Source of the DNA: Callorhinchus milii
Lineage: Eukaryota
Direction: 5' to 3'
Assembly: GCF_018977255.1 (NCBI RefSeq)
Contig: NW_024704743.1
Coordinates: 26,786,001 to 26,846,000 of the forward strand
DNA length: 60,000 bases
The notes under the pieces were generated by a model. It did no database searches. It worked only from the letters and a program-made list of their open reading frames with translations, and was not told where the DNA came from. The translations under genes and the position numbers were made by a program. Shown in pieces: positions 49,391 to 60,000 of the stretch (positions within the stretch are counted from its first letter, which is position 1; each line of letters opens with the position of its first letter).

Positions 49391-49528
49391 GAGGATGATT
49401 TTCTCGTGGGTGATTCAATTTACCGAACCTGACAGGATAGCACATCTGATTGCCCACTGACTGGTGAATCTAATCATAAGATTATAGCACCATTCGGTAA
49501 ATATACTGGCCAGTGGAAAATCGCCTTT
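49391..49528. mobile_element. Short palindromic MITE-like element
   Basis: gattttc/gaaaatc termini; atttaccgaa (49418-49427) pairs with ttcggtaaat (49493-49502). Confidence 0.55.
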
Positions 49529-49914
49529 ATGTATTTCCACATGGTATTACTCTCCGTGGTTCCAGATAAGAGAAAAATGCAATTAAAATAGATAACATCA
49601 GTTAGGAGCAGGTACTGCATATGCAGGATATGAACCAAATTGCTTACTTCCATGCTGAAGTTCCTTTCATTCTACAGTATATTTTATAATATTCAAGCAT
49701 CATAATACAAAAGATCTGTGACTTGCTTGGCCCTGATTCAGCAGATTGGCAGGTAGGAAAATGATAAGCATTACTTTCTTGAACTGTCATGCAGCAGTTA
49801 TTCAGCTTAGCAACATACGTTTATTTTATGATAGCTGCATGGCTAGACAAAATCAAGATATGTAAAATTACATCTGGTTGTATTACTGTGGTCTGTCTTC
49901 TTTCCAGGGCAACT

Positions 49915-50095
49915 ATAATAATAATAATAGTAATAATAATAATAATCCTTGCACTTGATGCAGCGCCTTATCACATCTTCAAGACATCTCAAAGCGCTTC
50001 ACAGAATATACTGTAAAATGAATTGACTGCATATTTTGTGGGTGAAACACAGCAGCCAATTGCGCACAGCAGTGTCCCACAAAAAATCATGGATT
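49915..50095 (-). mobile_element. SINE 3' half with an expanded (ATA)n tail
   Basis: (ata)n then atccttgcacttgat..gcgcacagcagtgtcccaca. Confidence 0.88.
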
Positions 50096-50639
50096 TTTTT
50101 CTAACACACATCATACTTATTCCATAAACGTGAAAGAGAGACAGGAAAGATAGACAACTGCAGCAGAATATTGAATTACTGATTTTCCTTTTTAAAAAGT
50201 TCCTGTAACACAATTATTTATATTTAAACACCATATATGTTAAGATCTATATAGATATATAATAATTTAAAATAAATGTGACATTATACACAATATTTCC
50301 AACCAATGCTGAAGTCCATGACAACAGCTGTGTAAGCAGTGATTATAGTTAACAACTAAGACTTGAGAGATCCAGGTTAGACACCACTGAAAGAACAATA
50401 CACACCCAGTGAATGACATGATGTCTGCACTTTCAGTCATTTTATTTTTGGAACAGATTACAGTAGTGTGCTTAGATTTCTTGAACCAGCGGCTCTTAAG
50501 CTACACAGTACTCCAAAGTGCAATTCCATTTGGAATTAAGCTGGGGTACTGAAAAGCCTAAACAATGCACTTCTCTGGTATGGAAACTTTATACAGAGTA
50601 TGTTGATGCTCTAAACCACTAGTTTACCATGATTAGAGT

Positions 50640-50800
50640 ACAACAACAACTTGCTGTTATGTATCTCCCTTCAAGTGGGGTAGCATCTTGGATTGTTTAA
50701 CAACCAGCATAGTTTGGAGCTGAGTCGGGGAGAAAGGAGAGGTGACCATAGGCATGGTCAAAGAGGAAAGTCTTTCGGTGCAATGTGAAGATGAGAAAAC
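50640..50800 (-). mobile_element. Degraded L2 3' end
   Basis: acaacaacaacttgc..ggtgaccataggcatggtcaaagagg, as at 23660-23690. Confidence 0.6.
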
Positions 50801-52264
50801 AGGGAGGCAAACTGGAGGGATTAGGGCAGGGATTAATACATGATGTATAAACAAAGAGGATTTTTCATTTGGACTATGAGAGCAGAACTGGGACATAAAT
50901 TAACATTTTAAGAAGTCTTATGCTGGCCTTAAGTTTAGATTTTGTTTCTATCAAAGTGGTCAATTTGTAACAAACTTTCAACAAAGCATTTGAAACCCCA
51001 AACTTCACCTGTAAGATTATTTTGAATTCAAATTAAAAAAATGAAAACTCAAAATTGCAGAATTGTCGGAAAAGCTTAAATTTAGAGTTACTTCAGAAGG
51101 TGATTCTTTTTCAGAACTGTTGGAAATTGAATTGCAAATTAAGGTTGAATTCATGAATTTTCCACAATACTGGGTGATCTTATATTCTAAGAGCAAATGG
51201 TAACTGCTTCAAAAATGAACTGGATGTGTATCAGTTTGAGAACAGTACTGGAAGATGTAAAATAAATCTGTATGTGTCCATAACTCCATCTATCCAGTCC
51301 CAATTGCTTGCTCACACCTTCAAGGCCCAATCATCACCAAATACTTCCCTCTTGAAATAAATCAAGACACATTTACAACTCCATCATCTGCAAATTTAGT
51401 CAGTGAAGTTGACTCTTTCTTATTATTTTATATTTCCTATGCTCTTTGCTATATTATATTATTATTATTATATCCTCCTTCAGCACACCCTGTATCTTTT
51501 TACCCTCCAGACCTGTCAGTCTTGCCACCTATAGTTTCCAGGGTTTTCACTCCACCGTGTTTGTTTACAAAAAGGCATTACATTTGCTCTGTTTCAGAGC
51601 AAATTTATATTTCAGTGGTGAAGAATGCTGATCCGAGAACCCCCTTATGAACCCTTATTACAACTTTTACTCATAGAGACAGAAAAGCTCCTACAGGCTC
51701 TTTCTCTACGTGTGTCTATTTATACTGCCTGTAAAGCTTTCCTTCAGGTTACGACTGAAGATTCTGTGGAACAAGAAGTATTATTGCAGTTTGATCTTTG
51801 CTATTTTTGTGGTGAGCTATTTTTAACCGGTAATCAGTAAAGATTTGATCATGTTAAATTAGCAGCATCAACAACATGCTTATTCATTGATTTCACTTTG
51901 CACAAGTAGAATGTCGATGAGGTTCCGGCCCTACGAGTAGCAATCTTGTCATCTACACATTGTGGGACTCGAGCACCACATGAAAGTATTTAATGTATAA
52001 AACTGGCAAGGTTTTACACCAGTCAAGGATTGAACACAATGACAGGGATCCAAGCTGTCTGTGACAGCTTTTGAGTCAACCTCTCCCTCCAACCATCCCT
52101 CACCAGCCCAGCCCACCAACTTTCTGCTTTGCTCTGAGAGTTCATGCCAATTCATAATTCACCAGCACCTGTGCTGGACTCTGGACTTCTCAAAGTTGTA
52201 AACTTATCATCCCCACCGATACACGCTATAAGATTTGCAGAGAACTTAACTGGTACTTATTGTG

Positions 52265-52917
52265 TTTCCAGGCCATGACCTGCACTGCCTACCACCACCT
52301 CAGCAACATTGCCAGACTCCGCCACTGCCTCACCCCTCAGGCTGCCGAAACCTTTACCCACACATTTGTCACATCAAGGCTCGATTATGGAAATTCCCTC
52401 CTCATCGGCCTTCCCAACTCTTCCCTTCACAAGCTGCAGATCATCCAAAACTCTGCAGCTTGTGTGCTCTCGCGCACCAGGCTCCCTGACCCCATCACTC
52501 CCACCCTCGCCTGACTCCACTGTCTCCCCATCCCCAGAGGATCAAATTCAAGATCCTTGTCCACACTTTTAAGGCCATCCATGGCCTTGCCCCCTCCTAA
52601 CGCTCTGACCTGCTGACTCCCTACCAACCTGCCCGCTCCCTTCATTCAGTGGGTTCCGGCCTGCTCCATGTCTCCCGCCCGACCCGCCCTACCATTGGTG
52701 GCCAGCTTTCAGCCTCTCTGCTCCCACACTCTGGAACTTCATCCCACATCCCTTCGTCTTGCTTCCTCCATTACCTCCTTCAAAGCCAGTCTCAAGACAC
52801 TTCTCTTTGATCGCCCTACACCCCCACCCACTCCCCCCTCCCCCTGACTGTCCAGCGCCTTGGGACATCCTCCTGACGTGAAAGGCGCTCTATAAATGTA
52901 ATTTTATTGTTGTTGTG
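52265..52917 (+). mobile_element. L2 3' region with terminal stem-loop and tail
   Basis: HLSNIARLRHCL..AAETFTHTFVTSRLDYGNSLLIGLP..LQIIQNSAA; (GTT)n tail. Confidence 0.95.
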
Positions 52918-53898
52918 TTGTCCACCTGTGTATTCATACATCCACTCTCCAGCTACTAATAATCAGAGGCAGTGACAGAAGTGGCAAAAACTCCTGAGCT
53001 TTTATTTACACTCCACAACATAGGCAACATGCCTATGATTCTACATCCCTTTCAACAGCTTTTCATCAGTTTTAATCCATCACATACCCAGCTTTCATGT
53101 TTTTTCCTGCCTTTGTCATTCCCAATCTATACCCAGAGCACAGTTCTGTTGCAGAACTTCTATTTCAACTCTGTTGTGGAGAATTAACTTTGGCTCATTA
53201 ATTCTGGCTAGCCATGTAAGATATTTTCATATGAAACATTAGATCAAGGGGACATTGATTCCAGTATGCGTTGAAATACCAGCACTTTATCAATGCCAAT
53301 TAGTTGCCAAATAGGGCCTGATTCTCCCCACCTCCAAACATTCCCGTTTGAGCCTTTGTTTTTCCAGAGGGTGGCTCTGCTGTGAAACTGCACTATCCTA
53401 GTACCAGAGGACATCCAGTTTCTGCGACTGACTGGATAGCTTTCCATGATTAAAAAACCGCATCATCACAGTAACTGACATTACCAGCTCATGGCCATTT
53501 CTTTCATGGATCAGTTATAACATGGGGCATTTTTTTTATTCAAGACCTCACTGTGTTGGATTACTGCTGAATGGACAGTCAAATGATAAATGCTTAATTG
53601 TGCTGGTAAAATATTTGTTACTGAAAGCAATGAGGACTGCTAACATTTTATTTATTTTATTAACAAGTTAAAAGGATTTTTCTTTGGCCAGCTGGGTGTC
53701 TGATTCCTGGAAAACAGACTGCAAGTTCTAGCATGTAATGAAAAGCCTCTAGAGTTCTCTGTGCACCACAAATATGAAGTGTGCTCTCCCTTAGATGGTA
53801 GTGGGAATCTTCACTTCACGTGTGTCAACAAGGAATCTTTGTGTTAATGCTGTAATTCTTCTGTCAGGAACATGCACGCTTAGGAACATACACGTGAT

Positions 53899-54277
53899 GT
53901 TCTGTAGCTCAGTGGTTAGAGCACAGGCTTCCCAAGAGAGAGGACCTCAGAGGATTCCCGGGCAGGACGAAACATTAGGCAAGTTTCCTTACTCCACATG
54001 TATCTGTTTACATAGCAGTAAAATAGGAACCCAGTTGTTAGTCAATTGGTGGATTGCTTTTCCGAGGGTAATAATTGCCTCAAAAAAAATTTAAGAAGGT
54101 AATAATAATTTGGTCACTCAATCCACAACTGTTTGTGGGACACTGCTGTGCAAAATTAGCTGCCGCATTTTGCTCACAAGATATACAGTCAATTCACTTT
54201 ATGGTATATTCTGTGAAGTGCTTTGAGACATTCTGAAGATATGATAAGGTGCAATATCAATTGGAAGGATTATTATT
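53899..54277 (+). mobile_element. tRNA/CORE-like SINE, long subfamily
   Basis: ctgtagctcagtggttagagcac head, internal segment, tail. Confidence 0.9.
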
Positions 54278-54419
54278 CTAAACATCCAGGAGGCTTTTGC
54301 GAGGCCCAAGATCATGCTAATCAAGAAACCAGGGAAGAGTTGAAAGAGATATTTCAAATATGAGGGGTTTTGATCCAGTAGAGAGAAAAATTATATCCAT
54401 TGGTTAGTGACATTTCCCA

Positions 54420-54512
54420 TTGTCTGGAATGGAAGGTGTGCTTCTCTCCCTTTGGAGGGTGCAAACTGCTTACCTAATTCCAGTGTGTGTTACGTTGACA
54501 AGAGCCCAGACC
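54420..54512 (-). mobile_element. Fragment of the poly(A) LINE family
   Basis: ttggaggg..ctgcttacctaattc..gttgacaagagcc matches 19010-19072. Confidence 0.7.
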
Positions 54513-55449
54513 TAGAGTGTGTGTATCTAAATTCATCGATGACACTAAACTAAGTGGGAGAGTAAGTTCTGAGGATGATGCAAAAAGATTGCAACAGGAT
54601 ATAGATAGGCTAGGGGAGTGGGCGAGTAGGTGGCAGATGGAATTTAATGTGGGGAAGTGTGAAGTTATTCACTTAGGTAGCAAAAATAGAAAAACAGATT
54701 ATTTTCTAGAGGGGGAGAGATTAGATAGTGTTAGTGTTCAGAGGGATTTGGGTGTCCTTGTGAACCAGTCTCAAAAAGTTAGTTTGCAGGTGCAGCAAGC
54801 AACTAAGAAGGCGAACGGCATGTTAGCATTCATTGCAAAAGGTTTAGAGTACAAGAGTAGGGAAGTCTTGCTGCAACTGTATAGGGCCTTGGTGAGACTG
54901 CACCTAGAGTATTGTGTGCAGTTTTGGTCTCCTTATTTAAAAAAGGACATACTTGCCTTAGAGGGGGTGCAGCTTAGATTCACTAAGTTAGTTCCTGGGA
55001 TGAGGATCGGCTGAATAAACTAGGGCTATATTCTCTAGAGAACAGAAGAATTAGGGGAGATCTTATTGAAACATATAAGATTCTTAAAGGGCTGGATAAA
55101 GTAGACACTGAGGGTCTGTTTCCTCTGGTAGGAGAATCTATAACCAGGGGTCACAGTCTTAAAATTAAGGGTCAGCTGTTTAGAACAGAGTTGAGGAGAC
55201 ATTTCTTCACTCAGAGGGTAGTGAATTTATGGAATTCACTATCCCAGAAGGCTGTAGATGCTCAGTCCTTGAACATCTTCAAGGCTGAGACTGATAGTTT
55301 TTTTAAAAAAAAGAGAGATTAGGGGATATGGGGATAGGGCAGGTAATTAGAGTTAGGTCAGAAGATCAGCCATGATCTTATCGAATGGTGGGGCAGGCTC
55401 CAGGGGCGGAATGGCCTACTCCTGCTCCTAATTCTTATGTTCTTATGTT
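54513..55449 (+). mobile_element. CR1 LINE 3' 0.94 kb, relatively young, one frameshifting deletion near 55000
   Basis: SKFIDDTKL..LQQDIDRL..WQMEFNVGKC..RLHLEYCVQFWSP; then LYSLE.RR.RGDLIETYKI..FFTQRVVNLWNSL; (TTCTTATG)2 tail. Confidence 0.97.
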
Positions 55450-55512
55450 TGGAAACCCTTAAGCATGTTGATGGTTTTCTGCATGTATAAGAAACTCAGC
55501 TAATTAAAAATA
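55447..55512 (+). mobile_element. 3' terminus of the poly(A) LINE family
   Basis: gtttggaaacccttaagcatgttgatgg..cagctaattaaaaa matches 31801-31870. Confidence 0.65.
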
Positions 55513-55944
55513 ATCCCATTTCTATGGCTTGTCTCTATTTCCCTTAACACTTTTAATTTCCAAAGATCCATCGCCATCTTAAACTTCCCAATTGAGTTTC
55601 CAGCATTCCGAGCAGTGCATTTCAAGTTCTCGCAACCATCTGTGTGAAGAAATATGCTCTAATTTAATTTTTAATGAGCACTCGTGCAGATTTCCACCAC
55701 TGTAACTAAAACCCATCTGTAATTAAAACACATCTGTTTAATTGTTGAACAGAAGAGATCAATTGAACCAAAGGGCCGTTCTTATCTGAATCTCTTATGG
55801 GGTCTGGTTAGATCTCCATGAGAATAAAATATTCCAGTGAGAGAATGAAGATTAGTGACACTTTCTTTTTCAATTGTGTAACAATTGAAAACTTGAAATA
55901 CCAACTTGCAGCACAATTCAAAACACTTCACAAAGTAATACAAA

Positions 55945-56215
55945 TTTTCATTTATATGGTGCTTTTCACGTTGAAAGAACATCTCGAGGCACTTAACAGT
56001 ACTGTCTTAGGACCCAAACTGGGGTTGGGAGCTGAGCGGGCTGGGGAGGGGAGGATGACAAAAAGCACGGTCAAATAAGTAGATATTGAGATGGATCTTG
56101 AACGAGTAGAAAGCAAATGAGAGGAGGAACTCTGGGATAGGGTTCCAGAGTGTGGGTCAGATAACCCGAAGGCCTGCCCACCAATGGTGGGGTGGGTAGG
56201 GTGAGGGATATGAAG
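55945..56215 (-). mobile_element. L2 3' end
   Basis: catttatatggtgcttttcacg..gttccagagtgtggg..gaaggcctgcccaccaatgg. Confidence 0.75.
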
Positions 56216-56369
56216 CAGGCTATGAAGGGAACCGCTGGATTGGTAGGGTTTGCAATCTCCAGCTCTGTAGAACAGGATTTGTTCTTAATTATGCTCCTGT
56301 TGAACTTAAACATGTTACTGTTTGGAACAAACCATCTACAACTTGTGGCATCAAACCAGCAATATCCAT

Positions 56370-56793
56370 CTTTGATTGATTCAAAAAGAGAAGGGAGTTT
56401 CTTCCATTGTCCCGCCGAAAAGATCCCCCAAATAAATTTGGTCACTCACTCCACGGATGTTTGTGGGACATTGCTATGCGCAAACTGGCTCTGCTGTTTC
56501 ACCTACAAAGTACAGTCAATCCACTTTACAGTAAATCCTTTGAAGTGCTTTGAGATGTCTCGACGAAGATACGGGAGTTTCTCTAGATATTCTGGCTAAG
56601 CCGCAGATAAAATTGATGACTCACTTTATGGTTGCTCGTGAGACATTGCTCTGTACAAGTTGGCTGCCAGTGTTCGCCTACAAAATTGGCTGCCGTGTTC
56701 GCAGTCACTATACACAGAAAATCTTGTCAATTGCTTTGAGATATTTCTACAACGTGATAAGGCGCTATATCAATTGTAAGGATTATTATTATT
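56370..56793 (+). mobile_element. Two tandem Deu-SINE 3' halves
   Basis: The gggagttt..ggtcactcac..gacattgct block occurs at 56393 and again at 56573. Confidence 0.75.
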
Positions 56794-58208
56794 AGTTGCA
56801 AATGCAGCATTTACAAACTCGCAGCTGCTTGTGCAAATTGGGATTTCCGTTTTGCATCTGAAATTGTGTAATTTGGTATTGTATGGAATGCCGAATTCAC
56901 TAAAAAAATCACATAACAATTGATCATGGAAAGCTACTTTGTGGTGGGTGCTTTTTCTTTCTAACCTGCAGCTGACCCTTTCTTTGCTGAGAAACATACC
57001 AAAACCGAAGTGCAGTTTAAAATCATAATCCAGATTTAGCAATTAGCGCTGTGATTCTGAATTGAAAAAGCTTTTCAATCCCAGTGACTGCTGTGGGAAT
57101 ATGCAAGTGTGTGGACATTGGATACAAAAAGGATCAAGCTTGGGTGTAACTGCTCTCATGTTTTAATGGTCAGCCAACACCCACTGTCTGCAAATAATAG
57201 GTACTGCTGTGAGATAGTGGGGAGCTACCTGTACTTACAGAGCTGTACAGCAGCATCACACCATGAGTCAAGACTTCAGTTGAAAGGGAAAAGAAATATG
57301 GAAAGATAATTAAGTTTTGAAGTGGTTATTAATTAGCTGCATGTACTGGGACTGCTGCGCCTTTTCCAAATATCAATTGCTGTGTCCAAAGGAAGGTTTA
57401 GAGCTTTGAACAGAATCTGGGGTCTAGTTAGTATTACAGTGAGCTGTTTGCCTCTTTATTTCTCCAGTGAATGCTATGCAAAAGTAACTGGTACATCCTT
57501 CTTAGGGCTCATTTAATGGATTAATTAACCACCCGTGGCTTTGTTGAATTGACATTTCATTCAGGGACGGTTTGTTTCCTGGGGTTCCTTTTCTGAAAGA
57601 TATTTTGAACAGTATGTTTAAGAAGTTTTATGTTTTTCATTTATTACTAATTTGAATTAATGAATTAAATTCTTTGAGAGTTTATTAGCCATCTAAGATA
57701 TTAAATTGAACGTTCGCAGATTCGCTATTTCATTCAGACCAGTCATTGAACACTCTCCTTCATTTCCTCTGGAATCATTTTATTTTATTTCTCCAGAGAG
57801 AATTGAATAAAATATAAATTGCAAAGAATTCAATTAAATAACAGTGCTGATTTAGGCAGGAATTTGCTAAGAGATAGCTATGATTTCTGTACTGTAAGAT
57901 AAACAGTTTTTATGATTTTATTTGGCCATTGGTTGAATATCTGAAAGCTGTAGTTTACTTCCTGTAGTGTGTTTAATAGCTATTATTTTTGTTTAGTGTT
58001 TTCTACTTAGAAAATCTTTGCTGCTCATTTAATGGATTTGAAATTTCTTATATTACCTATGAGTCATGAATTCAAAATCACTATATCTCTTTAGTAAGGG
58101 TCTTAACTAAAATGACAGGTAATTTTAAACTCAAGGTCTTGTGGGCATGGGTTCACAGAGCAAACAAGAGTGTTTATAATTTTACACAAATTGCAGTCTG
58201 ATTTGCGA

Positions 58209-58388
58209 CATTCATAAAAGGACTAGTAAATAGTGAATCCTTGAAATGTTGTGGCCAGTGCTTTGGAACTCAATTTGAGTGTGAGTTTATGGTACATCGA
58301 AACCCAGACTGATGTCCGAGAGAGTTTCTGAAGGAGTCAACCTGCGACATATTTGGGGTTCACTGTTTACAATTTGTGTTATGAATGG
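58209..58388 (+). other. Imperfect hairpin (arms of about 46 bp or more)
   Basis: cattcataa/ttatgaatg and gtaaatagtgaatcc/gggttcactgtttac. Confidence 0.8.
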
Positions 58389-58734
58389 CTGATATGATCC
58401 TGGAGTCACAAATATAACAATCTCATTACTATTTGCCACAAGGATAATATGGAACAGATTCCTAGATAAAACCCCTCAAACCTGAGTCAAATCTTGGCCT
58501 TGGACTCATAATACTGTCTAATGTGAATCCTGCCTTTGTGGGCTGACCCATTCAGTACATTTCCAGACAATACACTGCAAAGTAGAAACATAACCCAATA
58601 ATTATTATTTAAGGTTCTATTTCTTTCATTGGGACCTAAGAGAGTGGTAAGGGAAATATGATGGTGAATCTCTTCATAGCTAATGCAGTGTCTCTTTTGA
58701 CTTATATCTTGCCATTAACATGTTTCCTTTAGTT

Positions 58735-59030
58735 AAATAATAATAATGATAAATAATAATAAATAACATTTGACGTAGCACCTTATCACATCATTGAGTC
58801 ATCTTAAATTGCTTCCCAGGATATCATAGAATCATTGAATTATACAGCACAGGAGGAGACTATTCAGCCCATCGTGTCTGTGCTGGCTCCTTGAAAAGAG
58901 CTATCCAAATCAAGCTCACTCCCCCGCGCTCTCCCCATAGCCCTGCAAACTTGTCCTCCCTAAAATGGATTGACTGTATATTTTGTGGGCGAAACACACC
59001 AGGCAGTTGTACGCAACAATGTCCTACAGA
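58735..59030 (-). mobile_element. SINE tail interrupted by a CR1 3' tail (58826-58960)
   Basis: atcatagaatcattgaattatacagcacaggaggagactattcagcccatcg is a CR1 tail on the minus strand. Confidence 0.8.
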
Positions 59031-59899
59031 TATCATAATTCTGTCAGTGTTATGAAAAAGCATATTAAAATATTTGAAATAAAATTACATTAAAATGAAT
59101 GAAATAAATAAGAGGGAGCAAATTAATAGGAACCACAATGGACCACTGCCTCTTTTGTAGTTCACTATTTAGAAACATCCGTTCTGTTCACCATCTGATG
59201 TTTGTAGGGATGGGTCTGTTAAAATGCAAAGAATCCATCCAGTGCTCTGAATTTTCTACATCTGATAGAATGCAATACTGTCACTCAAAGTGGCAGAGTA
59301 ACATTTCACCTGTTGCAATTCCAGCAGGCAAATGGTGTAATGATGACAGAGTAACAGCAATGATCAGTCAATGCTATGACAGGAGACAGTGATTTTATAT
59401 GAGAGCAGACAAGCTGCATCCTGTGAGGTACACATCAGCAACTCCCTATTTAAAAGCTAATAGGAATGAAGGAACATTGACCAAAAAGTCATGTGACTGG
59501 TGGCTTGAGGACCACCACAAAATTTGATACGTTCATTTGAGGAATTGCTTGAACCCCTTGCATGCAACTACATTAAATCTGACAGTTTTATTAAGATACA
59601 CAATTAAATCACTCTGGTTGCTATGAATGAGGTCTAAACACTATGTATCACATATTAACTTTGGCAAGCAGAACCTTTGGTCTGTGTGAATTGGCACCTT
59701 GGAATAATAGAAGACAAAATGGTGGGAGATCAGATTCCTGGAGTTATTTTCATAGATTACTGGAAGGCAGGCACATGAGAAGGAAGCTGTCAGGCTCTCC
59801 CAACGCTCTATTGTCCCAAGATAAGAAGTGTCACAACCATAGTGGCAGAATGTTGGACTACCATTCTTCCCTGCCCTACTATTAACATCAACAGTACAA

Positions 59900-60000
59900 T
59901 GTCAGCTGGCTCAGTGGTTAGGACGCTTACCTCAGAATCAGAAAGTTGTAGATTCAAGCCCCACATCGAGATTTCAATTCACATCGTCTAAGCTGACACT
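59900..60000 (+). mobile_element. Deu-domain SINE head, cut by the window edge
   Basis: gtcagctggctcagtggttagg..gattcaagccccac..aagctgacact. Confidence 0.8.

Noticed and set aside
53528..53555. V(D)J recombination signal sequences (also CACAGTG at 13706 and 38600)
   Set aside because: The heptamers lack a correctly spaced ACAAAAACC-like nonamer, and no Ig or TCR segments are nearby
1..60000. CRISPR arrays, operons or prokaryotic defence systems
   Set aside because: No regularly spaced repeat-spacer array and no gene-dense coding; the sequence is eukaryotic and retroposon-rich

Overview
AT-rich vertebrate genomic DNA. The repeat inventory (tRNA-headed Deu-domain SINEs, a tRNA-Ala/CORE-like SINE with (ATT)n tails, L2 LINEs with (GTT)n tails, CR1 LINEs, Penelope-like remnants) points to a cartilaginous fish, probably a holocephalan; this is inference. 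No intact cellular protein-coding gene is recognisable. Nearly all long ORFs are L2 or CR1 reverse-transcriptase debris or spurious frames in SINEs. Roughly half the window is retroposon-derived, with many nested insertions. Signals the ordinary repeats do not explain: (1) a CpG-retaining, promoter-like island at about 21.8-22.7 kb; (2) a long-range inverted repeat at 41.0/41.7 kb whose transitions all keep G-U pairing on a plus-strand RNA and which encloses two exon-like segments; (3) a second wobble-biased hairpin at 58.2-58.4 kb; (4) a candidate exon at 29.6 kb and a recursive-splice-like AG|GTAAG at 46.76 kb; (5) a fossil poly(A)-tailed LINE that is neither CR1 nor L2 (RT at 30.7-31.45 kb, with six further 3' fragments); (6) an LF-SINE-like copy. 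Together these suggest, without proving, that the window lies in long introns of a plus-strand transcript. Repeat boundaries were placed by eye (about +/-10-30 bp).
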